DNA of 64,000 nucleotides, from positions 1,088,001 to 1,152,000 of the forward strand of contig OZ244937.1 of NCBI GenBank assembly GCA_965222075.1, read 5' to 3'. Of the stretch, positions 9,791-20,383 are shown piece by piece; within the stretch, counting starts at the first letter, position 1; each line of letters opens with the position of its first letter. The stretch is from Candidatus Latescibacterota bacterium. Lineage in GTDB: Bacteria; Latescibacterota; UBA2968; GCA-2709665. The position numbers and the translations under genes were made by a program. The notes beneath the pieces were generated by a model, which did no database searches, was not told the DNA's origin, and saw nothing but the letters and a program-made list of their open reading frames with translations.

Positions 9791-11134
9791 ATGTCCTATA
9801 ACGCCTGGTTTCAATGTTTTCGAGGGTGCGAAGGCCGCTATCCCCTCACGCAGATTATCTACGAGTGCCCTGCCTGCGGCGGTCTCCTGGAGGTGCGGCA
9901 CGATTTGGATGCGCTGCGTACCAAGCCTCCTGTGTACTGGCGGGCGTTGTTCGACCGGCGCTACATGCGCACGGAGTGGCCCTACGGGAGTTCGGTGTGG
10001 GGGAAGAAGGAGATGGTCTGCCCGGAGGTGGACGACGACAACGTGGTCTCGATGTTCGAAGGAGGCAGCAACCTGTTCTGGGCGGAGCGGTTGGCAAAGG
10101 AGGTCGGGGTCGAAGGCCTCTGGGTGAAGCAGTGCGGCAACAGCCACACCGGCTCGTTCAAAGACCTGGGGATGACGGTGCTGGTGTCAATGGTCAATCA
10201 TATGATCGCGAACGGGCAGGAGATCCCGGCGGTGGGGTGCGCGTCTTCGGGAGACACGTCGGCGGCCCTGGCGGCTTACTGTGCGGCGGCGGGCATTCAG
10301 GCCGTGGTCTTTTTGCCCCGGGACAAGGTCTCAACGGCGCAGCTGGTACAGCCGATGGCCAACGGGGCGCTGGTGTTGAGCTTAGACACCGATTTTGACG
10401 GGTGTATGAAGCTGATGCAGGAGGTCTGCCATCGTGAGAATATCTACTTAGCCAATTCGATGAATTCCCTCCGGGTGGAGGGGCAGAAGACGATCAGTGT
10501 GGAATTGCTCCAGCAGTTCGATTGGAATCTGCCCGACTGGATCGTGATTCCGGGAGGCAACCTGGGCAATATAAGCGCCCTGGGCAAGGGGTTCCTGGAG
10601 TTGCTGGAGATGGGGTTGATCGACCGGCTGCCCAGGATTGCCGTGGCGCAAAGCGCCCGGGCCAATCCGCTTTATTTGAGTTACCAGAAGGGGTTCGACA
10701 GTTTCGAACCGGTCGAAGCCCAAACGACCTTAGCCAGCGCCATTCAGATTGGCGACCCGGTGAGCGCGGAGAAGGCGGTTTGGACGCTGAAGGCGTTTAA
10801 CGGGGTGGTGGAGCAGGCGACGGAACAGGAGCTGGCCGATGCGGCGATGCGGGCCGACCGCACGGGGCTATTCTGCTGCCCGCATACGGGGGTGGCGTTC
10901 GCCGCGCTGTTCAAGCTGGTGAACCGGGGGGTGATTCAGAAGGGGCAGCAGGTGGTGGTGATTTCAACGGCGCACGGGTTGAAATTTATCGATTTCAAGC
11001 TAAAGTATCACCGGGGCCAGCTCCGGGATATGGGGGTGGACCTCCATTATGCCAACATGCCGCTTGAGTTGCCGGCCGAGTACGGGGCGGTGCGCGATGC
11101 GCTTTATCGGGCGCTGGAGGCGAGGAGAGGTTGA
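9791..11134 (+). CDS. thrC: Threonine synthase, plant-like subfamily
   Basis: PLP lysine motif [33 protein letters not shown]; [12 protein letters not shown] and NLFWAER segments as in plant enzymes. Confidence 0.9.
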   Translation: MSYNAWFQCFRGCEGRYPLTQIIYECPACGGLLEVRHDLDALRTKPPVYWRALFDRRYMRTEWPYGSSVWGKKEMVCPEVDDDNVVSMFEGGSNLFWAERLAKEVGVEGLWVKQCGNSHTGSFKDLGMTVLVSMVNHMIANGQEIPAVGCASSGDTSAALAAYCAAAGIQAVVFLPRDKVSTAQLVQPMANGALVLSLDTDFDGCMKLMQEVCHRENIYLANSMNSLRVEGQKTISVELLQQFDWNLPDWIVIPGGNLGNISALGKGFLELLEMGLIDRLPRIAVAQSARANPLYLSYQKGFDSFEPVEAQTTLASAIQIGDPVSAEKAVWTLKAFNGVVEQATEQELADAAMRADRTGLFCCPHTGVAFAALFKLVNRGVIQKGQQVVVISTAHGLKFIDFKLKYHRGQLRDMGVDLHYANMPLELPAEYGAVRDALYRALEARRG

Positions 11135-11159
11135 CAGATCAGGGGATTTTGGTTACATT
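11131..11159 (+). promoter_or_regulatory. Sigma70-like promoter for the transsulfuration gene
   Basis: TTGACA-17 nt-TACATT. Confidence 0.55.
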
Positions 11160-11164
11160 ACATC

Positions 11165-11326
11165 ATAGGCAGATGGTCCAACGACCAGGTGTATAGTGGT
11201 GATTTGAAGCATATTGCAGCCACTATAAACAAGTCGCTAAAAAGCTACCCGATACACGGTGCAGCCCGGGCTTTTTAGCCCGGGTTTCTGATTTTCCCGG
11301 GGCTTTTTGGTGCCGGGGATTTTTTG
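11165..11326 (+). promoter_or_regulatory. Structured 5' leader with terminator/antiterminator-like pairings
   Basis: Several stems, mutually exclusive pairing of 11236-11245 with 11270-11279, and a GC hairpin followed by a T tract. Confidence 0.45.
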
Positions 11327-11347
11327 TGTAAGGGGTTCGAAGACGCT

Positions 11348-12541
11348 ATGAAAAAAGAGAGTGAAACAGAGGGGATCTGTTCGTCCACAGAGGCCGTGCA
11401 CGCGGGGGAAAACCGTGCATACTGGGGGCATTCGCTTACGGTGCCCATTGCACAGACTTCGACATATGTTTTTGAAAACACGCAGGCGGTAGACGATTTT
11501 GTGTCGGGCCGGGAAGCGCGGCTGGATTACGGGCGCTACGGCAACCCGACGCAGCATATTGCCGAGGATAAGCTGGCGGAGTTGGAAGGGGCGGAGGCCG
11601 CGCTTCTGTTTTCGTCGGGGATGAGCGCGGTGACCACGACGCTGCTGGGGATGCTCTCAATGGGGCAGCACGCCCTGATTATGGACGACTGCTACCGGAA
11701 GACGGCGCAGTTCTGCCAGATGGTGCTGCGGAAGTTCGGCGTGGAGACAACTTTTATTCCGGCCGGGGATTACGAGGGGCTGAAAGGGGAGATACGCGAG
11801 AATACCCGGGTTATCATCGCGGAGTCACCCACCAATCCTCATCTGAATGTGATGGACCTGGAGCGGCTGGTAGAGGTTGCCAGGGCGCACCGAATAAAGG
11901 TGGTCATCGACAGTACTTTTGCCACGCCATATAACCAGCGGCCCCTGGAGTTCGGGGTGGATCTGGTGATCCAGAGCGCAACGAAGTATCTGGGGGGACA
12001 CAACGATTTGATTGCGGGTGCGGTGCTGGGAAAAGCGCCCCTGGTCTCTGCGATCAAGGACTACCGGGGAATCCTGGGCGGGGTGGTGGGTCCGCATTGC
12101 GCATATCTGCTGATCCGGGGGCTCAAGACGTTTCCGCTGAGGATGGTCCGGCAGAACGCAACGGCGCTGGCGCTGGCCCGTTTTCTGGAGGGGCATCCGA
12201 AGGTCCGGAGGGTTTATTATCCGGGCCTGGAGAGTCACCCGGACTACGATGTGGCCCGGGCACAGATGCGGGGGTATGGGGGTGTGGTGAGTTTTGATCT
12301 GGACACCGATCTGGAGCGGACCATGGCCTTTCTGGATCGTCTGGAAATCCCCTGTATCGGCGCCAGCCTGGGCGGAGTTGAGAGTATTGTGTCGCACCCT
12401 TCCTCCATCTCCTACTATGAACTGTCGCGGGAGGACCGGCTGGAGATCGGGATCGCCGACGAACTGGTTCGCTATGCGGTGGGTGTGGAGGAGGCGGAGG
12501 ACCTGATTGCGGATGTGGCGCAGGCGCTGGAGGCGATTTAA
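11348..12541 (+). CDS. metB: Cystathionine gamma-synthase, plant-like (Cys/Met PLP family)
   Basis: YGRYGNPT, DCYRKT, ESPTNP, SATKYLGGHND, SLGGVES. Confidence 0.8.
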   Translation: MKKESETEGICSSTEAVHAGENRAYWGHSLTVPIAQTSTYVFENTQAVDDFVSGREARLDYGRYGNPTQHIAEDKLAELEGAEAALLFSSGMSAVTTTLLGMLSMGQHALIMDDCYRKTAQFCQMVLRKFGVETTFIPAGDYEGLKGEIRENTRVIIAESPTNPHLNVMDLERLVEVARAHRIKVVIDSTFATPYNQRPLEFGVDLVIQSATKYLGGHNDLIAGAVLGKAPLVSAIKDYRGILGGVVGPHCAYLLIRGLKTFPLRMVRQNATALALARFLEGHPKVRRVYYPGLESHPDYDVARAQMRGYGGVVSFDLDTDLERTMAFLDRLEIPCIGASLGGVESIVSHPSSISYYELSREDRLEIGIADELVRYAVGVEEAEDLIADVAQALEAI

Positions 12542-12559
12542 GCGTCGACTGGGGAAATC

Positions 12560-13297
12560 ATGTTTGGTGTGGTTTTTATAGAGGCCCTGCGGGCCCCCTT
12601 CCAGGATTCCGACTGGCTGCGCAAGTTTGTGCTGGGTGGGCTGCTGAGTCTGGTGCCGAACCTGGCGGTGTCGCTTTTGATTACAGAGCAGGTGCTGTGG
12701 GTTTTGGCGCCCGTGCTGTTCAGCCTGGTTCTGAGTTTGGTGGTGTGGGGTTATCTTTACCGGATTTTTGTCGATGCCCTCAACGGACAGGCATGGCACA
12801 CCCTGCCCGAATGGGGCAACTGGAAGGCCTATTTCGTCGCCGGGTTCCAGGTGTTTTTAATTGTGCTGGGATATGTTCTCCTCATGGGTGTGGGGTTAAC
12901 GGGATTGCTATCGATTCTGGGAATGTTTCCATCCGGCAAAAACCCGGAGCAATTGTCTGCCGTCGTGTTGCTGGTGATGCTGACGATCGTGCTGCTCTAT
13001 GGGTTTTTACCCATTGCGTTCGCCCGGTTTGCCGCAGAAGGCCGGATCTGGGCGGCCTTTGATCCGTGGGCGCTTTGGGCCGATATCCGGGCGCTGGTGA
13101 AAGGAGATTACGTTCAGACCTGTTTGGCTTTTTACGGACTTTGGCTGATGGGGAATTTGGTGTTGGGATGGCTGCCTTACGTTGGACTGCCCCTGGTTTC
13201 CACCTATTCGTTTTACGTGATGGTGGTATTTGCCCGTCTCTTCGGCAAAATGATCGGCGTGGAAGGGCAGAAGGCCCTGTCTTCAGAAGACCATTAG
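12560..13297 (+). CDS. DUF4013-like membrane protein
   Basis: PFQDSDWLRKFVLG, GYL, LPEWGNW motifs; multiple TM helices. Confidence 0.65.
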   Translation: MFGVVFIEALRAPFQDSDWLRKFVLGGLLSLVPNLAVSLLITEQVLWVLAPVLFSLVLSLVVWGYLYRIFVDALNGQAWHTLPEWGNWKAYFVAGFQVFLIVLGYVLLMGVGLTGLLSILGMFPSGKNPEQLSAVVLLVMLTIVLLYGFLPIAFARFAAEGRIWAAFDPWALWADIRALVKGDYVQTCLAFYGLWLMGNLVLGWLPYVGLPLVSTYSFYVMVVFARLFGKMIGVEGQKALSSEDH

Positions 13298-15090
13298 AGG
13301 AGGAGTGGCGCCTGACCAGCGTGCGAATGCGTCGGGTCTTGGGGAGATTTGGTCCGGGGGCCGTTTTGGGGCAGGCGAATGGTGAAAGTGGTTCCGGAGC
13401 CGGGGGTGCTTTTGATCCGAATTTCTCCTCCATGCGCGTCTATGATGCCTTTGACGATGGCCAATCCCAGTCCGGTTCCCCGCTCCTGCCGTGCGGCGGG
13501 TTGATCTGTCCGGTAGAACTTTTCAAAAACGTGGGGCAGGTCTTTTTCGGGGATGCCGATGCCGGTGTCTTTCACGTCTATTTCCACCCAGCCCTCCCCT
13601 GACCGGCTGGAGAGGTGAACCTCGCCCCCCCGAGAGGTGTATTTGATGGCATTGTCCAGGATGTTCACGAAGATCTGATTGAGCTGTTCGGGGTCGGCCT
13701 TGAGCTTGAGGCTTTTGAGAGAATCGTGGGGGGAGAGGGTTATCCCCCTTTTCTGAGCAATAGGGGCCATTTCTTTTAAGGCCTGCTGGAGGAAGTGAGC
13801 GAGGTCGACCGTTTGAAAATTGGGTTTGAGCTTTCCCGCATCGAACCGTGAGAAGCTGAGAAGCTGTTCGATAAGGGCCGAAAGACGCTGGTTGTCGTCC
13901 CGAATGATTCCGAGCAATTTTTGGACATTTTCATCGTCCTGTACTTTAACCAGCGTTGCCAACGACTCTGTAGACCACTTGATGGAGGTAAGGGGGGTGC
14001 GGAGTTCGTGGGAGACTGTGTTGAGAAAATCGGTTTTGAGTTGATCCAGTTCGCGCAGCCGGCGGTTGGCCTCCAGGATCTCCTCCCGGGCGCGGCGGCT
14101 TTCGGTGACGTCCCGGAGTAAGAGGTAGATCGCATACCGATCTCCGTAGTTGATCCGGCAGGCCCGGAGGTCTACCGGCACGGTCTGGCCCGAGGAGGTG
14201 AGCATGTCCAGGTCGTTCCTTTCCAAGGCATCGGTCGGGCCTACCGCACGGAATAGGTCTTCAAGCTGGTCGTGGTTATCGGGCAGCCAGAGGTCTTTCA
14301 GGTTTTTTTGTAGAAGCGCCTCCCTGGGTGCGCCCAGGAGGGTTTCGGCCTGGGGGTTGGCGTCTAAGAGGGCACCGGAGGTGTCCACCACCAGGATGGG
14401 GGCGCTGTTTTGCACCAGGACGCGGTTTCGCGCCTCGGAGTGCTCCAGGTGGCTTTCATAGCGGTCCACCAGCTTTCCAACAAAAAACCAGGATCCAGCG
14501 GCCGCAACCACAACAAATCCAATGCCAATGAGGGCCAGGAGACGGCCGAGTTGCTCGACTCGATCGTTGAGGGGCTCCACCGACTGATGGACGCAGAGAT
14601 AGGTCATCATTTGAGGTAGCCAGTGTATGGCAATAATATCAGAAGGCGTTTTATAAATACTCGCTTCACCGGGATTTTGTAAGACGGCCAGACTGTCTAC
14701 AGACGGTGCGAGTGAGCCGAGGAGAGCGGTGGGTTCATAGGTATTCAACGGGGCCTGCATCCCAACCAGTTCTGGCCTGGGATGCGCCAGGACCCGGCCG
14801 TTTTTGTCCAGTACGCAGGCGAACCCGATCCACTTTTTCTTTTTCAAGATCTCGAGAATCCTCTGGATTTGGGCCAGCGCCATGTCCTGATCGGTGTATT
14901 CCTGTGTCACCTGCTTGATGAAGATCCGCAGGTTTTCCCCGATAATTTCGCTGTCTTGAGCCATTTTTCGTTCAAGCATGGACTTGAGCCGGTCTATGGC
15001 ATAGGAGGCCGAGAGAAGCCCCAGGCACAGCACGAGCGCCGAGAGGGCGAGGGCGGTGTAGAGCTGAAGCCTGCGTTTGTCCTGGATCAT
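13294..15090 (-). CDS. Sensor histidine kinase (TM, Cache-like, TM, PAS, HisKA, HATPase)
   Basis: H-box VSHELRTPL, NILDNAIKY, DTGIGI, GTGLGL; probable start at MIQDK (15090); no response regulator adjacent. Confidence 0.9.
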   Translation of the reverse strand: MIQDKRRLQLYTALALSALVLCLGLLSASYAIDRLKSMLERKMAQDSEIIGENLRIFIKQVTQEYTDQDMALAQIQRILEILKKKKWIGFACVLDKNGRVLAHPRPELVGMQAPLNTYEPTALLGSLAPSVDSLAVLQNPGEASIYKTPSDIIAIHWLPQMMTYLCVHQSVEPLNDRVEQLGRLLALIGIGFVVVAAAGSWFFVGKLVDRYESHLEHSEARNRVLVQNSAPILVVDTSGALLDANPQAETLLGAPREALLQKNLKDLWLPDNHDQLEDLFRAVGPTDALERNDLDMLTSSGQTVPVDLRACRINYGDRYAIYLLLRDVTESRRAREEILEANRRLRELDQLKTDFLNTVSHELRTPLTSIKWSTESLATLVKVQDDENVQKLLGIIRDDNQRLSALIEQLLSFSRFDAGKLKPNFQTVDLAHFLQQALKEMAPIAQKRGITLSPHDSLKSLKLKADPEQLNQIFVNILDNAIKYTSRGGEVHLSSRSGEGWVEIDVKDTGIGIPEKDLPHVFEKFYRTDQPAARQERGTGLGLAIVKGIIDAHGGEIRIKSTPGSGTTFTIRLPQNGPRTKSPQDPTHSHAGQAPLLL

Positions 15091-15175
15091 AATAAAAGTC
15101 CCGGGTCCTGGGGCTATGAAAGAAGCCGGAATCCCCCCAGGAGATCCCGGCTTGCCGGATTGTTGCCCGCTCCAA

Positions 15176-16090
15176 TCAGACCATTGCCCAGGCTGCATCG
15201 AGGACGCGCTTGGCGTTGGCGATGACAAGCTCAGGCGATTCGCCTTCTATTGGGGCGACTTCAAAACTGAGGATGGGGCGTTTTTCAGGATCGAGGTACC
15301 CGATGTTGAGGAGCTCCCGGAGGAATTCAACCGTCTCGGGGATGTCATTCTCTCCGTCTTCACATCCGAAGCGGGGATGGTTGTCGCCATAGGCCGGGTG
15401 TTCGGGGTTGCGCATCACGCAGTTTCCAATGTGGGCATGTACGAGGTGGTCGCGGGCGGTATTCAGGGCATAGGCGGAGGTTTCCCCCTGAAGCGGGAGA
15501 TGGCTCAGATCGAGCATGAGACCAAAGTTGGCGTGTTCCCGGCGCACCCGGGCAGAGACCTCAACGGCCAAGGCGTTGGGGCCGACCAGGCAATTTTTGC
15601 CATAAGAGACCCTGTCGAAGGTCTCCAGCACAATGTTCATCCCTTTGGCGGCGGCATAGTCGCAGAGGCGGTTCAGAGAGTCTACCAGCAGGTCCACGGC
15701 CTGATCCCGGTTTTCCGGGCCCGGGTCGGGGCCGGAGAGGATGCCCACGCCAGGCGCGCCGAGTTCATCGGCCTGATCGATGCCGCCCTGGACGGCGCCA
15801 ACGGCTTTGAGGCGATGGGCTTCGTCGGCGGAGTTGATATCGAGTTGATTCAACAGGAGGATGGGTTGTGCGCCAAAGGCGACATCCATATGGGCCGAAT
15901 TGAGCAGATCGCGGGCCTGAGCGCGGATATCCGCATCGTTCACCTGGGTGACTTCAACGATCTGAAAGTAGGGATCCAGAGCGATTTTTTCCAGGGTTTC
16001 CAGGATGGGGCCGTCTCCGCCGATGCAGGTTTTGTAGGCCATAAAGTGGACGAGTCCGACGCGGGCGTAATTCTGGATGGATTCTGTCAT
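15176..16090 (-). CDS. Sugar phosphate isomerase/epimerase (xylose isomerase-like TIM barrel)
   Basis: LETFD, DLSHLP, HAHIGN, DNHPRFG, SFEV metal-ligand pattern. Confidence 0.75.
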   Translation of the reverse strand: MTESIQNYARVGLVHFMAYKTCIGGDGPILETLEKIALDPYFQIVEVTQVNDADIRAQARDLLNSAHMDVAFGAQPILLLNQLDINSADEAHRLKAVGAVQGGIDQADELGAPGVGILSGPDPGPENRDQAVDLLVDSLNRLCDYAAAKGMNIVLETFDRVSYGKNCLVGPNALAVEVSARVRREHANFGLMLDLSHLPLQGETSAYALNTARDHLVHAHIGNCVMRNPEHPAYGDNHPRFGCEDGENDIPETVEFLRELLNIGYLDPEKRPILSFEVAPIEGESPELVIANAKRVLDAAWAMV

Positions 16091-16236
16091 TTGTAAGCGC
16101 TCCTTTCAAGATAGAGAAATTCAACCTTCAATTCTCTGTGTCTGTGCGGTTCAAAATACGCATTCGTCCCGCGTTTGTCAATTGACAAATGGGCGCCTGA
16201 GGTGGGGGGTGAAGAAGGCATAAGGTATTTTTCCAC

Positions 16237-16265
16237 TTGACTTTCCGCAGGTCTTCTTGTAATAT
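16237..16265 (+). promoter_or_regulatory. Sigma70-like promoter for tRNA-Tyr
   Basis: TTGACT-17 nt-TAATAT. Confidence 0.6.
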
Positions 16266-16287
16266 CTCTTTCTCAAATTTGGTGTGG

Positions 16288-16373
16288 GGGGAGGTACCAA
16301 AGCGGCCAAATGGGGCAGACTGTAAATCTGTTGGCTTATGCCTTCGGTGGTTCGAATCCGCCCCTCCCCACCA
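16288..16373 (+). tRNA. tRNA-Tyr(GTA)
   Basis: Acceptor GGGGAGG/CCTCCCC, anticodon arm GCAGA-CTGTAAA-TCTGT, long variable arm, TTCGAAT, CCA end. Confidence 0.95.
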
Positions 16374-16492
16374 TCATTAACTATATCCGAACGCTTTTTC
16401 TGAACGTTTTTCGACCCCTTTCCTTTAGATATAGAGGGGTTTTGTATTTTGAGGGTTTCCTCTCTGAAAAGCGTTGATTTTTATAAAAAATC

Positions 16493-16521
16493 TTGACTTT
16501 ATCTGATATTTTGCATATCTT
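16493..16521 (+). promoter_or_regulatory. Sigma70-like promoter for tRNA-Gly/Thr-rpmG
   Basis: TTGACT-17 nt-TATCTT with an AT-rich upstream region. Confidence 0.6.
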
Positions 16522-16596
16522 CTTAAGTCTCGAAAGTTTCCCAACTCGAAAAACACCGTTTTTCGAAATAAGATGCTGTTTTTTTGTATAGTTAAT

Positions 16597-16673
16597 GCGG
16601 GAATAGCTCAGTTGGCCAGAGCGTCAGCCTTCCAAGCTGAGGGTCGCGGGTTCGAGTCCCGTTTCCCGCTCCA
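16597..16673 (+). tRNA. tRNA-Gly(TCC)
   Basis: GCGGGAA/TTCCCGC acceptor, TCAGC-CTTCCAA-GCTGA, CCA end. Confidence 0.95.
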
Positions 16674-16709
16674 ATTTTCTCCAGGAAAGGGCAAAACGCG
16701 TTATCTAAA

Positions 16710-16785
16710 GCCCATGTAGCTCAGTCGGTAGAGCACCTCCTTGGTAAGGAGGAGGTCACCGGTTCGAGTCCGGTCGTGGGCTCCA
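16710..16785 (+). tRNA. tRNA-Thr(GGT)
   Basis: GCCCATG/CGTGGGC acceptor, CCTCC-TTGGTAA-GGAGG, CCA end. Confidence 0.95.
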
Positions 16786-16827
16786 GTCCTCTATACCTGA
16801 CGCTGAGGCTATTGATAAGGGATCGGC

Positions 16828-16980
16828 ATGCCAAGGGAGCTTATTACGCTGGCCTGTAGCGAGTGCGCGCGTCGAAACTATACGACAGATAAGAATCGAC
16901 GGCTTCATCCAGACCGGGTCGAATTCAAGAAATTTTGCCGATTTTGTCGGACGCATACGATACATCGGGAGACGCGTTAG
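16828..16980 (+). CDS. rpmG: 50S ribosomal protein L33 (Zn-ribbon form; absent from ORF track)
   Basis: [50 protein letters not shown]. Confidence 0.95.
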   Translation: MPRELITLACSECARRNYTTDKNRRLHPDRVEFKKFCRFCRTHTIHRETR

Positions 16981-17016
16981 GGTTATTTCTGCGCCCCGTG
17001 TCGCTTGCGATGGGGT

Positions 17017-17092
17017 AGGCCAGTAGCTCAATTGGCAGAGCACCGGTCTCCAAAACCGGCGGTTGCGGGTTCGATTCCTGCCTGGCCTGCCA
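17017..17092 (+). tRNA. tRNA-Trp(CCA)
   Basis: AGGCCAG/CTGGCCT acceptor, CCGGT-CTCCAAA-ACCGG, CCA end. Confidence 0.95.
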
Positions 17093-17264
17093 TTTTACTC
17101 CTCAAAGATATTCCTCAGGCCCCTTTTTTGAGTCCCCAGGTGAGGGGCCGGGTTTCCAGCACTGCAATTTTCCCCAGATCCAACGCTTCTCATCCTTTTG
17201 CTCCTCTGTTTTGCAAGTCGTTTTTGCCGATTTTGAGGTGCGTTACCTGCGGGCTGTCGCTCCT

Positions 17265-17453
17265 ATGTTTCGGAAACTTTCTCAGCTTTTAAAAGATGTA
17301 CAAGTCGAAATGGGAAAGGTGACCTGGCCCACGCGCGATGAACTGACCTCATCTACAGTGATTGTGCTTGTGGTCTCGCTGGCCCTGGCCCTTTTTATTT
17401 TTATTGCCGATTTATTCCTGACGTATGTTATGAAGAACCTGGTCCTGATTTAG
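17265..17453 (+). CDS. secE: Preprotein translocase subunit SecE
   Basis: EMGKVTWPTRDEL + TM; lies between tRNA-Trp and nusG. Confidence 0.92.
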   Translation: MFRKLSQLLKDVQVEMGKVTWPTRDELTSSTVIVLVVSLALALFIFIADLFLTYVMKNLVLI

Positions 17454-17517
17454 AGCCCATCCGCAAATCGTCAATTCTGCCCTGTTGGCTTGTCTATTCG
17501 GGAGAAGGTGAAGGCAC

Positions 17518-18051
17518 ATGAAGTGGTACGCAGTGCATACCTATTCTGGCCACGAGAATAAGGTGCGGTCCTACATCGAGAATGCCAAAGGAGGCGCAGG
17601 CATTGAGGATCGGATTGAGAACGTGGTGGTACCTACAGAGGAAGTCGTGGAGATGAGGGACGGTCGCAAGACGACTTCACTGAAGAAGTTTTTACCCAGC
17701 TACGTTCTGGTTGAAATGGAAATGGACAAGGAGACGCTCCATTTTGTAACCAACGTTCCGGGGGTCACCAGTTTTGTGGGGCCCGGAAAGCGACCTCAGC
17801 CCCTCAGGGATGAGGAGGTGCAACGTGTTCTGGGCCAGATTGATCGACGTCAGGTCCAAGATGAGCAGGAGATCCCTTACCATGTGGGGGATCGGGTGAA
17901 GGTGGTTGACGGGCCGTTCAGCGATTTCGTCGGGTTGGTCGACGATGTCAATCCCGAAAAGAGTAAGATTAAGGTGATGGTCAGCATTTTCGGGCGAAAT
18001 ACGCCGGTCGAACTGGACGTGCTGCAAGTAGAAATGGCAACAGAGGCGTGA
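17518..18051 (+). CDS. nusG: Transcription factor NusG
   Basis: [32 protein letters not shown]. Confidence 0.97.
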   Translation: MKWYAVHTYSGHENKVRSYIENAKGGAGIEDRIENVVVPTEEVVEMRDGRKTTSLKKFLPSYVLVEMEMDKETLHFVTNVPGVTSFVGPGKRPQPLRDEEVQRVLGQIDRRQVQDEQEIPYHVGDRVKVVDGPFSDFVGLVDDVNPEKSKIKVMVSIFGRNTPVELDVLQVEMATEA

Positions 18052-18109
18052 AGACCGACAGAGGGTAAGGGTTTCCCTGCATCTTCAAGGACTGTAAAGG
18101 AAGACAACA

Positions 18110-18535
18110 ATGGCCAGGAAGGTTTATACCACCATCAAATTGCAGATTCCCGCAGGACAGGCGACGCCTACCCCTCCGGTGGGGCCTGCGCTGGGCCAGC
18201 ATGGCGTGAATATCATGGAGTTCTGCAAGGCCTTCAATGCGCAGACCCAGGATAAACAGGGGCTGATCATCCCGGCGGTGATCACGGTTTATGTGGACAG
18301 GAGTTTTTCCTTTGTTCTTAAAAGTCCGCCTGCGTCCGTTTTGCTTAAAAAGGCCGCGGGACTGGAAAAGGGGTCTCCGGAATCGAACCGGACGAAGGTA
18401 GGGTCGGTCACGCGGGAGCAGGTCCGAGAGATCGCGGAGATGAAGGCCGTCGATTTGAACGCCAGCGACATCGAGTCGGCGATGCGTATGATCGAAGGAA
18501 CAGCGCGCAGCGCGGGGATTACTTTAAAAGACTAA
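18110..18535 (+). CDS. rplK: 50S ribosomal protein L11
   Basis: [22 protein letters not shown]. Confidence 0.97.
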   Translation: MARKVYTTIKLQIPAGQATPTPPVGPALGQHGVNIMEFCKAFNAQTQDKQGLIIPAVITVYVDRSFSFVLKSPPASVLLKKAAGLEKGSPESNRTKVGSVTREQVREIAEMKAVDLNASDIESAMRMIEGTARSAGITLKD

Positions 18536-18559
18536 TTTTGCACAGGCTGGAGGGCAGGT

Positions 18560-19255
18560 ATGGCGAAAAAGAGTAAGATTTATCAAGAGGCGTCAGGTCT
18601 CTTTGATCGGCGGACGCATTATCTTGTGGAAGAGGCGGTCGATCTGCTCAAGCGGATGCCCCATCGCAAGTTCGATGAAACCGTGGAACTGGCCATGCGG
18701 CTGGGTGTGGATGCCCGCCACGCCGATCAGCAGGTCAGGGGCACGGTTGTGTTGCCCCACGGCCTTGGAAAGGAGGTTTGCATCGCGGTTTTTGCGAAGG
18801 GTGAGCAGGCGGTCGACGCAGAAACGGCCAATGCCGATTTTGTAGGGGCAGAGGACCTGGTTGAAAAGGTTGCCGGGGGGTGGACCGATTTCGATGTGGC
18901 CATTGCTGCTCCGGATATGATGAGGGAGGTGGGGCGGCTGGGGCGCATCTTAGGGCCCAGGGGGCTTATGCCCAATCCGAAGAGCGGTACCGTCACCCAG
19001 GATGTGGGCCGTGCGGTTCGAGAGGCCAAGGCGGGGCGTGTAGAATTTCGCGTTGACCGGCAGGGGATTGTTCACGTACTGGTCGGGAAAGTGTCGTTTG
19101 AAGGGGATCGGCTGCTGGAAAACGCCCGGGTGTTGCTCGACACCATCATGCGGGCGCGGCCTGCAGCGGTAAAGGGGCAGTACGTCCGTTCGGCAACCCT
19201 GTCGACCACAATGGGCCCCGGAATCCGGCTGGATCGATCGAGCCTGACCAATTGA
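18560..19255 (+). CDS. rplA: 50S ribosomal protein L1
   Basis: [23 protein letters not shown]. Confidence 0.97.
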   Translation: MAKKSKIYQEASGLFDRRTHYLVEEAVDLLKRMPHRKFDETVELAMRLGVDARHADQQVRGTVVLPHGLGKEVCIAVFAKGEQAVDAETANADFVGAEDLVEKVAGGWTDFDVAIAAPDMMREVGRLGRILGPRGLMPNPKSGTVTQDVGRAVREAKAGRVEFRVDRQGIVHVLVGKVSFEGDRLLENARVLLDTIMRARPAAVKGQYVRSATLSTTMGPGIRLDRSSLTN

Positions 19256-19293
19256 TTGTTCGCGCGCTGCGCGTTTTGCAGGAAAGGAGAGAG

Positions 19294-19848
19294 ATGCCAA
19301 CCGCAGAAAAGGCAGCTGTTGTTCAGGATTTGGCTGACATCTTGAAGCGGTCTAAGGGGATCTACCTGACGGATTTTACCGGGTTGGACGTGCCTGCCTT
19401 TACCCGGTTACGCAGACGTCTGAGCGAAGGTGCGGTTTCCTACAGGGTGGTCAAGAATCGCCTGGCTTTCCTGGCGGCGAAGGAGGCCGGTGTTGAGGGT
19501 CTAAACGAGATGTTTCGAGGGCCTACCGGTCTGGTTTTTACCGAAAACGATCCTATTGCGCCTGCCAGGCTGCTTTCGGAGTTTGCCAGAGAGACCCAAG
19601 GGCGTCCCAAGCTCAAGGTCGGCCTGGTTGAGGGAAGGACCTACGTGGAAGATGAACTGGAGGCGCTGGCCCTGCTGCCCTCCCGGGAAGTGCTGCTTGG
19701 GCAGGTGGTTACCGGCATTCAGGGCCCACTGAGCGGTTTGGTTTTCTGCCTGCAAGGGGTGCTCCAAAATTTCGTGATCGTCCTGCAGGCGATTGCTGAA
19801 AAGAAGAAAGAGGCGGGCGGCGGAGAGGCTGCCTCCGACGCACCTTGA
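19294..19848 (+). CDS. rplJ: 50S ribosomal protein L10
   Basis: VVKNRL, LPSRE; SD AGGAG before ATG 19294; synteny. Confidence 0.95.
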   Translation: MPTAEKAAVVQDLADILKRSKGIYLTDFTGLDVPAFTRLRRRLSEGAVSYRVVKNRLAFLAAKEAGVEGLNEMFRGPTGLVFTENDPIAPARLLSEFARETQGRPKLKVGLVEGRTYVEDELEALALLPSREVLLGQVVTGIQGPLSGLVFCLQGVLQNFVIVLQAIAEKKKEAGGGEAASDAP

Positions 19849-19892
19849 GAGAGATATTAAACCCTTCACGTGAGTTTGACGGAGGACAAATT

Positions 19893-20273
19893 ATGGCAGT
19901 TGAGACGATTATCAGCGAGATTGAGAAGCTTTCCGTGCTTGAGTTGGCCGAACTGGTCAAAGCATTGGAGGAAAAGTTCGGTGTGACCGCACAGGCGGCT
20001 GTGGTGGCTGCACCTGCCGGAGGCGTAGCCGGTGCTCCTGAGGCTGCCGCTGAGGAGGAGCAGTCAGAGTTCGATGTGGTCCTCTCCTCTATTGGTGACA
20101 AGAAGATCCAGGTGATCAAGGTGGTCCGCAGCGTCACCAGCTTGGGGCTGAAGGAGGCCAAAGCACTCGTAGACGGCGCCCCCAATCCCGTCAAGGAAGG
20201 CATTGCAAAAGAGGAGGCCGAGCAGATCAAGGCGGAACTGGAAGAGGTTGGGGCGGTGGTCGAAATCAAGTAG
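19893..20273 (+). CDS. rplL: 50S ribosomal protein L7/L12
   Basis: [25 protein letters not shown]. Confidence 0.97.
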   Translation: MAVETIISEIEKLSVLELAELVKALEEKFGVTAQAAVVAAPAGGVAGAPEAAAEEEQSEFDVVLSSIGDKKIQVIKVVRSVTSLGLKEAKALVDGAPNPVKEGIAKEEAEQIKAELEEVGAVVEIK

Positions 20274-20383
20274 GGCCCTGTTCTGATCAGCAGACCCAGG
20301 GATGCCCTGGGTTTTAGCACAGCTACACAAACCAATCCCGTTTTCGACTTTTGGCCCGATTTCACCACAGGAGCGTGATCGCC

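Noticed and set aside
11160-11347. SAM-I riboswitch, T-box or leader-peptide attenuator
   Set aside because: Core consensus motifs were not found, and the short ORFs (e.g. MVQRPGV) lack Met/Cys/Thr runs; kept only as an unassigned structured leader.
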